Source: Leptogorgia sarmentosa
Taxonomy: Eukaryota
Direction: 5' to 3'
Length of the DNA stretch: 64,000 bases
NCBI GenBank assembly: GCA_964658305.1
Contig: OZ210884.1
Coordinates: 3,534,001 to 3,598,000 of the forward strand
Shown here: in pieces, positions 1 to 13,614 of the stretch
Layout: every line of letters starts with the position of its first letter
Position numbering within the stretch: the stretch's first letter is position 1
Translations under genes and position numbers: made by a program
The notes under the pieces: generated by a model
The model's input: the letters and a program-made list of their open reading frames with translations, nothing else
Told to the model about the DNA's origin: nothing
Database searches by the model: none

Positions 1-3000
1 TATTGACATTTGATACGGCTGTGGAGTGCGGAAAGAGCAACAAACCACGCTCTCAAATACAAAGGGCTACTGACTGCTTTCGTCGATAAAGCAAAACGAA
101 TAAACGTACGATAACATGAATACTTGATTGTAAAGGGACTTCGTTGGTGCACCTCGTTGAATGATGATGATATTCGACCAGTTATGGCAAGAAATCGATG
201 ACTGGTTTGGTGTATAAAAATTCGTATGGTAAGACTAATATTTTGTTACCGATTACTTCGTTGGTTTGTTCTGCTTTGTATGAAAATGACTCGGCATACA
301 GAGCATATTTTCACTTGAGATAATTCTGAATATTTAGTATTTAAAACACAGGATAGAAATTGGGCTATTTTGGAAATAAAACACACCAAAATGACCGTAT
401 ATATTAAAACATTGTTCACCCAAGCACGCATTTAATTTGAGACCATGACATGAGACATTACTACAAGCGACTATGGGAATATCAAACATCGACTGGAATT
501 CCTTTTGAAAATGTGAGCGATGTATTATAGAAATATGAATTGGCAGATTACTAGTTGCAGACGGGACCTTTAGACTGTGTCAGTGTCTGTGTAGAAGTAA
601 AATTCCCATGTCTTGAGATTATATATATAAGAGGTGAATATTCAAAAACCAATATTCATCGACAAGCTACCGCCTCGGTGATCAGGGACGTCGCTAGCCA
701 GGGAGGAGAATGTGGGGGACGAGTACTGCCAGTTATTTTAATAACCAACGTCGAGATTGTTCTAAATATGATTTTAAATCTGGGGGGTACGATATGTAGA
801 TATTTATCAGCTTTTACGACCTTTGTTAGAGTGTGCATATGTGGCTTTTAGATTTCCAAAATAGGTGCCTGAAAATGCTACAATCATCGCTATAGAGAGC
901 CCAGAAATCAAAAATTTGCTTCACCCATATGCCCCGTGCAAGTTCCCCAGCTTCAACAAGCTGACGACGCGACTGAATTAAATGCGATGTACAGCCTGAA
1001 ATGTAATGGCCCTGCATGTAAAAATTTCACCGTTCAATTTAGTGCCAGGACATTCATGGTCAAACAACGGAGTATTTCAATGCTTTTGGTATTATTTGGG
1101 ACATCCTATATAATATAAAGAACTTGTTCCCATTCCGAATAGCGATATTTGTCAAAGGGACGCTATGGGCTCTACAGTAAGTGAGACTGGGATTCATCAG
1201 CAAAAAAACAATGTAAATGGGAATGAGATTAAGATTTGACCAGAAGAGCCACTGAGCCGACGATGGAATTTGTGCTTTGGGATTTGAACATTGTGATTTG
1301 GTCAAAATTTGGGCTGGGAACTAGGAATAGGAACCCCTCCCTTTTCAGGACCCTCTTGTTAGATTGCTTGACCAACTGAATCTTTAAATTGTAATTTGAA
1401 TAGAAACCCTGACGCATTTAAAAGTAGTCCGAAGTACCAAAGTTTCGTTTGAATATCTTTTCTATAATTATTGATCCTTGAAAGAACAAATCTCGAACTG
1501 ATAAAACTTTCTTGCCTTCTCGTACTGCGGGATATTCCAATGCAATTACATTTACAATCGCACCGAACTTCTCCGGACTGGGTCGGTCTCGCCACTTGAA
1601 TACGTCAAAATACCATGGAGCCTGGAAAATGTCTCTTGAGCCTAGAACGTCTACCAAATGCGAGTTCGTTTTGATAAAAATGAGCGTATTGCTGGCCAAA
1701 CGTATGTTGCGGACGCAAATCCCCCTTGTAAAAATCACTCGTTGATTTGAATTTGTCTGGAAAACAGATAGAAAAGTTATTACAGTTAATCCACCAAGAC
1801 AATACACGATGTGTTCTTTGCCTACTCGAATCTATTCGAATCTATTCGAATCTATTCGAATTAGCGCGATGTTTGTATTCGAATCTCTTTGTACTAGCTC
1901 AATCCAATACTGCATAAAATATAGTCAAATTGAAAAAATGGTAATAAAAATATTTTTAAATCTTCGTGAGCAAAAAAGCATTTACTTAAGAAAGGAACCC
2001 AGTAACAGCTCATTGCATGTCCCCCGAAACTCCGATAGGTATGGCCTAGTTTCCGTGAGATCGCCAGCTATCGCTGGCACGTGAGGCTGAGCCAAAATGC
2101 ATTGATTTAAGAAGTACCCATGCACACACAAATTATTTTGTCAGTTGAATTAAACAATGTTGAATGCAGTATAACCAACAGCTATCAGTGCAACATGCAA
2201 ATAACACCCAATTTTGAACATGAATCAAATAGACAAGCTCTACTGGGAGAAACGGAAAACGACATCTGAGCGGATAGAACAAATCTTATTCCCGCACCAC
2301 TGCTGGCAACACTGTTATTTTTTGTCGTTCATGGTGGCCTGCATGGTGTAGTCTATAAGAAGCAACGAGAAACTCGATTTTTTAACGTATACGTATGCGT
2401 TAAAAACGACAACGTCGTTGGGGATCCAAACGATACTATCAATTATTGTATCTGCGTGACGTAGTGACGCAGATATATTGCTATCGTGTTGTAACTGTAA
2501 CCGTAACCGTGCTTGCAGCCAATCAGAGCAGAGCTTTTCGCATATCGATAATTTCTGATGTTGAATTCGTGCGGCGTCGTGTCTCATGTTCGCCATTTCT
2601 AAATACTTCAAACTTCGAAGCGAGCAAGTTCGCAAATCGTTTAAAATATTGTACTTTTTTCTCATTTCTATCCTACTTTTGTCGCCATTTTATACAGAGA
2701 CCTATCTTGATCTGGTAAGTGTAAACATGACAGAATTACAGCAGGTTTTACGGGTTGTTTGGATATCAAAAGTAGGATGGAAATGAGACGCTGCGTGCCG
2801 CAGATTTATACGCAGATACGCAAAAATATTACGACGCAAATTATACATTGGCATTGCTTTCAAAGATATTAAAGAGGTTTGCTATGGAATTTAGATCATC
2901 AAAGCAGAAGGATCACGACGCAAATTATACATTGTATTACCTTAAACACACACAGCGAATATTATACACGTTATGAAAGAGGTTTATGCCGGCTTGACAA

Positions 3001-4394
3001 AATTGCGCGTATATTTTCCCTACGATACTTTAGCGTGTCGGTACTGACACATTTGTACATGTACATGTTTGGAATACACGCGGTGTCATTGTGATCACGG
3101 AATATCTACTATATTTTGCCGCTTCGCCATACTGAATGGTTGAAACATTCATCCCAGGAAAATAGATTTTGTAGCTTGTAATGAGACAAAACAAAGGAAA
3201 TCATATATAGTTTCAAGTATTCTGTTTTGAACCTACGCGCATACCGATCATACACTTGAGCGTCTAAACAAATGCTGCATGAATCAATGGATAGAATATA
3301 GTGTATATAAATATATTATAATATGGTTTTCAAAAGAGTAAATTTGGTTTTTAGAAAGCCACATTCTTCACAAACAATCGCAAAGCGCTGTCTCTATTTT
3401 AAAGACGCAATAGCATAAAATGCGATATCATATTTCGTCAATTTTAAATTCATTATGCAATTTGATATGATCGCGCGAATTCCGAAATGCGAGATAGCTC
3501 ATACAATGAAAGCTTATATCAAGTATTGAATGCATCTGACGTTTTAACCACGCACAACCTCACGCCTTAAATGAAATTAGCATTTGCGCTATTCGCCTAT
3601 TCCCTAGCTGTAAACCATTTTATACATCGCTGGTAACCAAACTACATAGGCGCAGATACATGTACACTTTGTGTACCTATTTTTTATTCTTTTTGCTCTT
3701 CATGTTAAATTTTCGATGCGGTCGCGTTTTATCTCATGATGTGATTGACGCCTTTGAATGTTTGACGTTAATGTGTGTCAGGGAGTCGATGTTTGAGAGC
3801 AATTATAACATTCCACGCATTCGAATTCACACCTGTGTAAACACATGCATGATTTGAAGCAGATGCACCGCATTTGTTTTTCAGTGTTTTTCACTTCATC
3901 TCGTTTCTGAACGGATCAACTAATAATCATTGCAGTATGTTCAGGACAATACGTTGATTATTGAAAATTCGCGATAGCTGCGTTTGCATTTCGTGCATGT
4001 GCTGCGTTCAATTAGTTGATGGTAAACTCGAAATGAAAACCAAAATTGAAATGCTAATTGATTGGAATTCAACGTAGGTGGTGATACATTACGTTTGGAC
4101 TTTGGATTGAAATATCTGCAGTTTATTATATTAAATAGCTCACTTTTACAAGGCATTGAGGTAATATGGGTAAAGTTCTCACGCTTCTCCTCAACTATTA
4201 ATATGACGTGGCATCAACAGTGAAAAGACATGTAAATTGAATAATCAGCTTGAGTATGTATTGTGTCGTTGCAGTGTGCTCTTTATAGCAACAACAACGT
4301 ACTTTTTCCGTGTATGAAGTGGTATTTAAGAAATTCATTTTTCTTTTCTTTATCAAGGGCACACATATGTGCAGCTGATGAAGTTTTCAATGGT

Positions 4395-4800
4395 CCAACT
4401 GGTTATCGATCAAAGTATTGAAACCTAGAAGCTTTGTGACGCTCGAAGTTGAGTACGTAATGATTCAAATATTTCCTACTGAAATTTTTCTGGCAATGCA
4501 TCGGGGATAGAATTGGAGTCCTTGCACCCTTGCTTTAAAATTAACTTTGTTTGCATGTTCAAACTATTTATAGAATATATACACTGTACTTTGAACTTTT
4601 TATCATTTGGTTTGATTTCGTGCTGACTTTCCATTTTCAGATGTTGTCTCGCCCTCATCAATTCGCGAGGGTAATTTTGTGCTCGTCTGTATCGTGTCTT
4701 CACCATTTGTCGTGCTTAATGGCTCAATCTAGAAAATCTCCTCTCTGCATCGTTCCAGCATCTCACTAAAAAGGACAAAAAGGTTCGTATTAAAAGCACA
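4395..4800. repeat. Diverged local duplication, copy 1 (copy 2 at ~6058-6432)
   Basis: Colinear similarity, e.g. TTTTGTGCTCGTCTGTATCGTGTCTTCACCATTTG and AAAAAGGTTCGTATTAAAAGCA occur in both copies. Confidence 0.85.
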
Positions 4801-5045
4801 TTTTTTGTGTCGCGCATGCAGCTTCGATGAAATCTTTTTGGCGTTCCTTTCAAAGTCTAATTGCTTTCTGATTACATGATTACAATCTCGAAAAAGAAGC
4901 TCGCTATTTTCGAATTAACTGTGGAATGTGGATTGGGAGAATAAAAGGAATATAAAAAATGCAGCATTATGTTGTTTAGCAAGCGCAACGCGATGATTGA
5001 ATCCTCAATTATCTCAAATTCCTAACAAAAGCAAGATTCCAATGC

Positions 5046-5964
5046 TTATTGCTGCCGAGCGTAGCGAGGCAGCACACTATTCTTGACACGCGGTGGTTTC
5101 CCCAGAGTCTACTCGACCCAGTCTTTCGCGCGAGTTATGTATTGCCGAGATCGAAATCTTGTGTCTGTCTGTCTGTCTGTCTGTCCATAAAGATGTTTGT
5201 CGTATCCGGGGGCATAATTAAGCTTCAGGGACGTTTGTTAAAAGAGGGGAGCGGTCAGAATAATTAAGCTTGAAGTACGTAAACAAGATATTGTATTGCG
5301 CACGCGGCACGCATCTCCATGTGCGTCAAGAATCGAAAGGTTTTTACAAAAGCGTTTCATACGGATGCAAGATTGTGCTAATGTTTTATGCGTTGTAGTT
5401 GGGTAATTTGGTATTTATGGCGATCACACATCAATGATGCAAGCAATGTTCAGAATGCTAGCCCTAATAGACTGTTAGGGTTAGTGTTTACTATGCTATT
5501 ACTAATAGTATAGTAAACACTAACCCTAACAGTAAACCTTCACCCTAACTGGCGTGCTGTTGCTTTTCAAAGAACGGGACATAAACACAATATGCGCACT
5601 GAATCGCATTTTTAATTATTATGTTGAGCTTGCGATTAAATAACGAGATATAAACGTGGTAAACTTAATCGGTAATAATTTTCACTTCGTATGATCGTAC
5701 ACGAAGAACGAAGGCTGTCACACGCTGCTTTCTGAATAATCGGGCATATCAATTTCACACTTCGTGTCATCGTATTACGAAAAAATGTATCTTGCCCAGG
5801 CTTTTTAAAAACTCGGATACATTACATTACGTGATCATTTTGACTTCGTATCATCGTATCATGATAACAAGTCACTGTTTCAAAAGTGGACAGGTATAAC
5901 CCAGCCGGGATTTTAAAGTTTGAGCGCAACGGCAGCACATTTCCTTGCGATAGTAACTCCTAGT
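5046..5964 (+). mobile_element. Non-autonomous Helentron/DINE-1-like element (HINE)
   Basis: 5' hairpin GCTGCCgagcgtagcgaGGCAGC, internal (GTCT)n microsatellite at ~5162-5186, GGCAGCACA repeated near the 3' end, and a CTAGT terminus. This matches known DINE-1/HINE architecture. Confidence 0.65.
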
Positions 5965-6057
5965 TACTTATTAATTTTGTCTTCGCTGCCATGATTTTAT
6001 ATGTATAAATAACAGCACTCGACCTGCTAACTGAGAAATATCAATAGTTCGTTTCAA

Positions 6058-6432
6058 TCAAAGTATTCAAACGTCAAAGCTTTATGTGAACATTCGGCAG
6101 AAGTTGAATATAAGTAATTCAAATCTTTTTTTACAGAATTTCTTCTGGCAATAAATCGAGGATAGTATTGGAATCCTTGCAATCTTGGTATGAAATGAAT
6201 TTTGTTTCGTCTGGTCAAAATATTTATCGAATAGAATTGTACATCGTAGCGATTTTTTTCTCAGTTTGTTTGATTTTGTGTTGACTTCCCATTTTCAGAT
6301 GCTGTCTCGCGCTCATAAATTCGCGAGAGTTGTTTTGTGCTCGTCTGTATCGTGTCTTCACCATTTGACGGGCTAGAAAACCTCTTTTCACATCGTCCCA
6401 GAATCACAAAAAAGGTTCGTATTAAAAGCATA
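6058..6432. repeat. Diverged local duplication, copy 2
   Basis: Colinear with 4395-4800. Confidence 0.85.
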
Positions 6433-7019
6433 TTTTCTCTTCATGTTTAAATTGTTCTTAAGCGTTGGAGCCATTTACAATTGCATTGATATTTTTGGCA
6501 TGGTTATGCTCCAGATTTTACGAATTACTCATATATATTGTTTTTCTATTTCATCCTGGTTAGCTCAGAGGGATGCTCACTCCATTACCTTTTGTGAAGG
6601 TCTTACGTGAATAAATCAGTATAGTTGGCACCAAGTTGCAATAAACCTCTGCCTTCTATCGTGGAGTTCTGTTCAACTCAAAAAATTGTCACGGCTTTTA
6701 ACTGCATGGATATAGCCTATAGTTTGGCAATGCGACATCTGAAGCTTGGACCTGATCGAGGTATAGCAGATTTTTGCGTCTATATAGTATATATAGGTCG
6801 CATAATATTAAGTCGGTTCAAATCGTCTCATATACTGTAATGTTGTTGTTGATCCTCTGTGTCAAGTGTGAAGTCCATTGCATGTACTATATTTCTCATT
6901 TCGAATGAGAATATTGTACATTTTTCTTCGTGATTATACAGTATTGTTACTATTGTATTAGTATTCTACAACAGCTATATAAATCTGATTGTCCTAAATA
7001 TTACTGTAGGATCGTGTAG

Positions 7020-7915
7020 TTTCATCCAACCCATAGAAACAAGGACGTTTCACGAATGGACAGAATGGTATATATAAAGAAAAGGAATATCAAACACGGC
7101 GTTTCAACTTGTGCCAGGTACCAGATTTTTGCTTCTCTTTTCGATAGTTCACATGGCAATGTTTTATTTATCGTGTCCGTCTAGCAAATTCTGCAATATA
7201 TCCCCTAGCAGAACTGCTCATTCCCTTGTGCTTTCGAGTGAATATATAATCTGTTGCTCTCCATTCTTTGTCTATTCGATTCAAATCCAAAAATGCGTGT
7301 TATGTGTTGTAGTGTATTCCTCTGTATTGTGTTGTCCTACAATGTATTTGTTTGGTTGTTCTGTTTCTTGCATCTATCAGGCCAAAACATTGCTGAATTC
7401 AACTGACAAAATATTTTGTATACGTACGTGCATGGATTCTGAAATCTAAACGATAGAAGTGAACATTTAAGATGTTTCCATTTAAAAAATGACTTAGGCA
7501 AGCTGCTTGAAAATACGTAAGATTGACTTTGTTCAGTTTGTGAATCATGCATATGCTTTTCAGTACGGATATTAAAATCTTTCCGGTTTCATCAATTAAT
7601 TTCCAATCCATAACCTGGAAACATTTTAGTTTATTATTTTATTGAAAGAGCAGTCGAAATAAACATTAACAGTTCAGAGAGAAAAAAACGAAATTTCATT
7701 GTATTTTAAATTATCCATAAATTAAACTGAGAGGGAGGAAAACGTGGGAACTACAGTAGCTCTGTCTTGTTAAAAGCAGTGCAAAAGCGTTGGTTGACCC
7801 AACACACAGTTTTTAAACGTTGCGTAAACTAGGTGTAATACTGTATTGTCATATGAGCGCAAAATTATCTATCAGCTGTCAGATTCACAATTTCAATGTT
7901 CATGAAATATTGCGA
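7020..7915 (+). repeat. Left arm A of cassette 1 (homologous to 30360-31140; inverted homolog of 25330-26065 and 40590-41558)
   Basis: Core TCGATAGTTCACATGGCAAT...ATCGTGTCCG at 7141-7179. Inner landmarks GGAAAACGT (~7737) and CATATGAGCGCAAAATTA (~7850) are colinear with the other arms. Confidence 0.75.
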
Positions 7916-8372
7916 TACATATATATATTAGTGGACGGAAACGCAATACTATTTCAAATTATTATTTCTATTTTTGGGTTTGCCATTAGGTACTCCATTT
8001 GTAGGTATTTTTTATAACTATTGAAATATACAGTAAGTGGATGGCCGTCGCTCCGTCGCTTCACGAACTAACCTAACATGTATGTTAGTAAATTTACCAA
8101 GTTAACTTCTGATTAGGTTAGTTATCTAACAGCGCGAAGTGAAATGTAAAATTTGCTTCTACGTATATATATATATATATGTATATTGGCCGCACGCGCA
8201 TTTGTCGGTATAGAAATACATTTGCCCCAGAATTCGCTGTCTGGTTTCAACGAATTGACATGCATAAAACTACTAGCTGGTTCGGCACACCGGCATTTCG
8301 TTTGTACTGTACATTCCGAACTATCCGATTAATTTCTGTTTGTACGTAGCTATTGTTAATTCGCTCAGCAAA

Positions 8373-8455
8373 CGGGGTGTAGTTAAAATGCGGGCGCGGA
8401 CGGCGGGCGCGGGCGGCGGGCGCGGACGGCGGGCGCGGACGGCGGACGCGGACGC
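8373..8455 (+). mobile_element. Orphan terminus of a TIR/foldback-like DNA element with GC-rich subterminal repeats (GGCGGGCGCGGAC)n
   Basis: CGGGGTGTAGTTAAAATG followed by about 5 GC-rich units and then an AT-only tract. No matching opposite end was seen in the window. Confidence 0.45.
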
Positions 8456-8976
8456 TAATTTTTTAAAATTACCCTTTTTTAACTAATAATAATTTTAATA
8501 ATTAATAATTAATATTAATAATGATAATTATTAATAATAATCAATTAATAATTATTTTAATGATTATTTTAATAATTTTAATAATTATTTAACTAATAAT
8601 AATATTTTAATACATAATTGTCATTATGTATTAATTGTTATATTATATTAACTATTATTGTGCACTGTATATTATTATTATGTCGGCGAAAGTTGAGATT
8701 GAAAACAACACAGAGCAAAGCTCCCCTGTATTGCAGATCGAGGCGTTTTGTGGGTTTTTGCGGGTTTTTCCGGAAGTGTTTTGTTTTTTGCGGTGGCGGA
8801 CAATGATTGGTTGAGTAATTTTATCTGTCAGTTGTGACTTTTTTGTACTTTTTGCATGATTTTCGCCACAATTCAAAGTAATTCAAAGCCTTTTGCAAAT
8901 ATTTGAACTTTATTGCGTATTTTTGCAGAAAAATATATATACTATATACAATATTTTTGAAAAATAGAACGTTATT

Positions 8977-10285
8977 TCAACATTGTTCGCTGTTTTTCGT
9001 TGCTTCGAGTATATCTTCTATAGCGTCTATTCGTTGTAGTTTTTCTTTTTCTTTTTTTATTGTCTCTAGAGACTTTTTTCGTTCCTCAGTTATATGGTCG
9101 TACGCTATGAATTGTTTATCGTTTTCGCATACGATGTCGTAAGGGTGTTTTGTTAGTATTGGCTTCGTTTTTTTTGGGTTCTGTCGGTCTTGACCAACCA
9201 GTTTTAACATTTGACTGTACACCACCGGTTCGTCTTGTTTGCTCGCGATTTTTGTCAGGGTTTCGAGCCGTGTTGGCCGCCCGGCTGTTTTTTTGTTCTT
9301 TTCTTCGTTAGTTGTTCTTTTTCTTTTCCGTATATTCTCTTTTAATTTAGAGAGGTCTTTTCTTGCGATGTGTTGTCGGGGTTCGGGTAGTGTTGGAGCT
9401 GTTAGTACTTCGGGTGTTTGTGCTTGGACGGTCGGCGTTACTTTCGTTGGCGGTGTCACGTTGTTGGTTAGGAGGTTGAATTGTGCACCGAAATCATCTA
9501 AGCACCAGTTCTGTGGCAACGGAGATAGATAAGGGAATTGTATCTGTACCTGGGGTTGTTGTTGTTTTGGTTCAGGGCACTGTTGTGTGTCGAAAATGTT
9601 CCCTCCGTCGAACTGTAGTTCTCGACACAATCACGCTTTTTGGTATATAGGTTTTATTTAAAATAACCACAAACAAAAACTAAGATATTAAAATGTAAAA
9701 TTCTCCCAAATCACGATACACGATCAAATTAGCGCCCGGGCTATACAAATCACTCTGTCTCACACTAGGGTTCACTTCGCACTCTCTCATTCACTCTCAC
9801 AATCCAACTGAACGCTTCTCTCTTTTCGTGACTATTTCACTCGCACCCTCACTCTCTAGCTGTCACTCACTCTGTCATGCACTAATTATTGGCTATATGA
9901 AAAAATGTTATAAACTTGGATTATTTGTTCTGTCAGTCCCGACATGTGGGTTTGGTGGTATTTGGATATGTTCATTATGTTGACACGATTCGATTGTTGA
10001 TTGTTCTTTTTTGGGCGACAGTTTTCCTTCGGTAGTGTTGCTTTGTTCTTTGTACAACTTTTGCAGTAGTGGTTCTTCACGAAAGATTGCATTTCTCATT
10101 TGCCATTTTTCGAACGCTTTTGCAAGCGTTAAGTTTGTTGTTTTGTATTCTTTGAAGTTTTCGTACATTTGATAATATTCGTCATTTTTTTGTGGCGAAA
10201 TATCGATTTCTGAAAGCGTTAGGAACTCTAAGTACTCTTGTTGGTCGACTGAGAAATTCATTTTGCGCACTAAAGAATTGTTCAA
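8977..10285 (-). pseudogene. Disrupted intronless gene of unknown (TE/virus-like) origin, in two ORF pieces: 9908-10285 and 8977-9630
   Basis: Lys/Gln/Thr-rich ORFs. A decayed paralog at ~11090-11890 shares motifs from both pieces (SPLPQNWxxDDF..NLLTNN; YCKSC/YYKSC). Confidence 0.5.
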
Positions 10286-10679
10286 AATTGTGGTTTTTGT
10301 AATGGGTGTAATATTATATACTGTTACGTTGACGTTATTGATAAGTAGCTATTTTTGTCATATTGCGGGTTGTTTTAAACCTTTTAAAATATATGTCAAC
10401 ATCGGCTTATTCGCACAGATTTATGAAATTAAAAACTAGACAGCACATGCAGACCATATTTGTTTTAAATTGATTTGTAAAACTTCTGGTTTGTTTTACC
10501 CTATACAGTTAATTAGTAAAACATCGGGTTTATTTAGATCGATAAATACCATATTAAAATTTTAAATATAGCTAAAAACTTGATAGCGTCCCTGCGTTGT
10601 TGCTTTATTAATAAGATTTTATTGGGTGTTGCTGCTTATATATTGATGCATAAAAAGGGTTTGCGGTTATTATTTTCGA

Positions 10680-11084
10680 ATGGATAAACACGATGCATGT
10701 AGAAAAAAAGCAATTAAAATTTTTAAATTGTGTGATGTTGAAATGTGTATTTATGGTACGGATAATAATACAAAAAAGGTGTTCGAAGCTCTTAGTAATT
10801 ATACTACCGGTTATTCTTTGTTTTCTTTATGTGAATTATGGAGTGAAAAAAGTGAATACTATGTTGAACACATTTTTATCGATGTTGATGGAGGTCATCA
10901 ATATTTATTACTTTGCGACAGCAACCCCGCCTCGGGTAGACTTTCCCACGGCAGACGCGGAGTTTTAATATTGCCGTTGCAGTATAGCCCTAATGAAAAA
11001 AGCATTGGGAAAAAATTGACAGTAACGCGATCATGTCATGATCATGACATGATCATGTCATGTGTACTGATTGTGTGTTGTTGA
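10680..11084 (+). CDS. Hypothetical intronless ORF, 134 aa (possibly TE/viral cargo)
   Basis: ATG-initiated with protein-like composition and an AT-rich upstream region. No family recognised. Confidence 0.35.
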   Translation: MDKHDACRKKAIKIFKLCDVEMCIYGTDNNTKKVFEALSNYTTGYSLFSLCELWSEKSEYYVEHIFIDVDGGHQYLLLCDSNPASGRLSHGRRGVLILPLQYSPNEKSIGKKLTVTRSCHDHDMIMSCVLIVCC

Positions 11085-11089
11085 TAGAT

Positions 11090-11895
11090 GTTCTATAGGC
11101 TTTTGCTTAATCTTTTTTTATTGTTCCTAATGATTTTTTCGTTCTTCTGTGATGTGCTCGTACGCCAGGAATCGTTCTTCGCGGAGTGGAATTTGTGCTT
11201 TGTTGGTATTGACTTCGTTTCTTTTGTTCAGCTGGTCCTCACCAGTTGGTTTTGGTGTTTGAATTTATACGTATATTAACGACGCGTCTTGCTTGCCAGC
11301 AACTTTTATAAGGGTTTCCAATTGTATTAGCCTTCCGCTCATTCTCTTCTTCGTTTCTTCTTTTCCTTTTGCGTAAACTTTCTTTTAGTTTCGATAGGTC
11401 TTTTCTAGCAACATGTTGTTGGGGTTGAGCAGGTGTTGGACTTTCTTATGCTTGAGTGATTGGTAATATTTTCGTTAGTGTAAGATTATTGGTTAGCAGG
11501 TTGGAATGTGACCTGAAATCATCTATGTTCCAGTTTTGCGGCAATGGGGATGAATCAGGAAAACCTGCTTTTGTTTGGGGATTGCTGAGGACGATTTTGT
11601 GGTATTTGGATTTGTTGTTGCGTTTCGATTGGTTGTTGGTTTTGGAGAGCTTGGTTTGCTTCGGTCGTGTTGACGTGTTCTTCACACAGCTCTTGTAGTA
11701 GGGATTCTTCATGCATGATTTCGTTTCTCTATTTTGCAAGCGTTAGTTGACTACGACACGTAATTCTGTAGTCTTTAAAATTCTCGTACATTTGGTGTGT
11801 AGTCGTCAGTGGTTTTAGTGACGAGATGACAGTGGAAGTAATCTTGTTGTCGAATGTGAAATTTATTTTGCCTTCTTAAACAACAGTTCAAAATT
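11090..11895 (-). pseudogene. Degenerate paralog of the 8977-10285 gene
   Basis: SSPLPQNWNIDDFRSHSNLLTNNLT versus LSPLPQNWCLDDFGAQFNLLTNNVT; contains stops and frameshifts. Confidence 0.65.
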
Positions 11896-12222
11896 GCGTT
11901 TTTTTTAAAATATTATTTATGCCGTGGTATAATTATCACGTGGTTTTTGTACACAGGTTTATCAAATTATATTAAAAATAGACTGACGAACATTTGTTTT
12001 TTGTCACGTATACTGCCGTTGTTTGGCAAATCCTTCTTCCCTAAATAAAGGCAAATAAAGTACGACAAATTGATAAAATAAAACTAACTTACCTCGTGCT
12101 AGCAAATGCTATTTAAAACAATTGTTAACTTTTCTTCTATTTACGTCAGCAGGGAACTTTTTCTTCTGTTTTCTTCGTCGGTTCGTTTGTTTGAGCTTGG
12201 ATAGCGTTGTCTTTACTTCGGT

Positions 12223-13209
12223 CTACGTCCACTCAATTGGGCCGAGCGTTGTTGACATCTGACCATTCATTGCGGAATGAGCTTTGCGAAGAGGATTTTG
12301 ACCCATCATAATTTCCCGATCAGTAAGCATGTAGTTGGGATTGAGAATGTTGGCTTCGTCATTTTCCTCCAACTTGTAGTTCGGTCGCTTCATTCTCTCA
12401 CGAACCTTACGAGTCGCCGGTCGGCTGGTGCTTTGAACTTTTCTTGCTCTTTTCGCCGACTTTACATCGAATTCCTTCTCGATCTCCTCTCCTTGCAAAA
12501 TGCTGTTGGACATCGTGCTATATGCCTTGTCCTCCGAAATTTGTAAAATGTTTTTTGCTCTTGTAAGTGCTTCAGGCAATGGCACATACCATTTATATTC
12601 ATCTTTTTCTTTTGGAAATTGCCTCATAACGAACTTCATAACAGTTTCTAATTGCTCTTCAGAATAAGGTCCGAGATTACTGTTCAGTTTGAGAACAATC
12701 CTCCTTACCTCTGGATGCAAAGTTGAACCACCCTTTTTCGGAACGTCATGTTTCCAGTTTTCAATCTTCCCACTGCATACAAGACGCAACTCTTCCGTAA
12801 CAGCAAGATTTCCTTCCAGCGTTTTGGTGAACTCACTATTTTGGGACGTATTACTTCCCTGCTGTGTTGGTTGGCTGGCTTCTGAGGTGTGAGACTGATG
12901 AGTAGGCTGATGAGTATCGTTAATCGGGGACGTGGCACGCCCCGTTTTGGTTGGTACATGTATGGTTTCGGGAACGTCGTGTTTTGCTTGTTCCGTTGCG
13001 GGGGAAAGTATATTTTTTATTGGTTTGAGTATATTTTTTTTATCGCTTCCTTTAATTAACATGAGTATATTTTTTTTATCGCTTCTATTAATTAACACCT
13101 CATCTGGCAGATACCTTGTGACGATGAGCTCCGTTTTCTGTGTTTTGCGCAATAAACATGTCAGACGCGTATTGGAATAAATTTGGCAATGTGCGAGTCG
13201 TGTACGCAC
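12223..13209 (-). pseudogene. Transposon-derived ORF fragment ending in the N-terminal part of a Ulp1/SENP-like protease domain, truncated by an LTR-like fragment
   Basis: C-terminal ILNPNYMLTDREIMMGQNPLRKAHSAMNGQMSTTLGPI resembles the xLTDxxIxxAQxLLKxQxPxxxGLQxTxLG start of TE-borne Ulp1 domains. At ~12235 the sequence switches to the repeat motif TTTACTTCGGTCTACGTCCACT. Confidence 0.5.
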
Positions 13210-13614
13210 ATGCCGGTTTTATTGATTTTTCGATAAATGAATTATTAACATCACAAATGGTTAAACTAAGTAATTAATTAACAATTAACACAGAAAAGGT
13301 GGGGGTAATAACAACGCCACCGAAAACTATAATAAACTAGTACTTTCCACATGGAAAGCTATAAAGCTTTGGTATATGGGTCAATATATTTTTTCTAATA
13401 CAAACTATTGTAAAGTTTATTGATATCGATGACAAAAGTATTTTTTCATATATTATACATGTTTACAGTTCTGTTTCGGCGGTAACGCTACTTCCTCTTA
13501 ACGAGTCAAGCGAGAGACGTTCGTGTTGAAAAGACGGTCGCCGGACACGCATTGCGGTTCTTTGCATCTCGCGCTCATTCATCCTCCGTTTACAGCACCA
13601 CACGCAAATTAATA

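Noticed and set aside
1060..1807. Run of minus-strand ORFs, possibly a decayed gene
   Set aside because: No recognisable motif, multiple stops, and no supporting splice structure.
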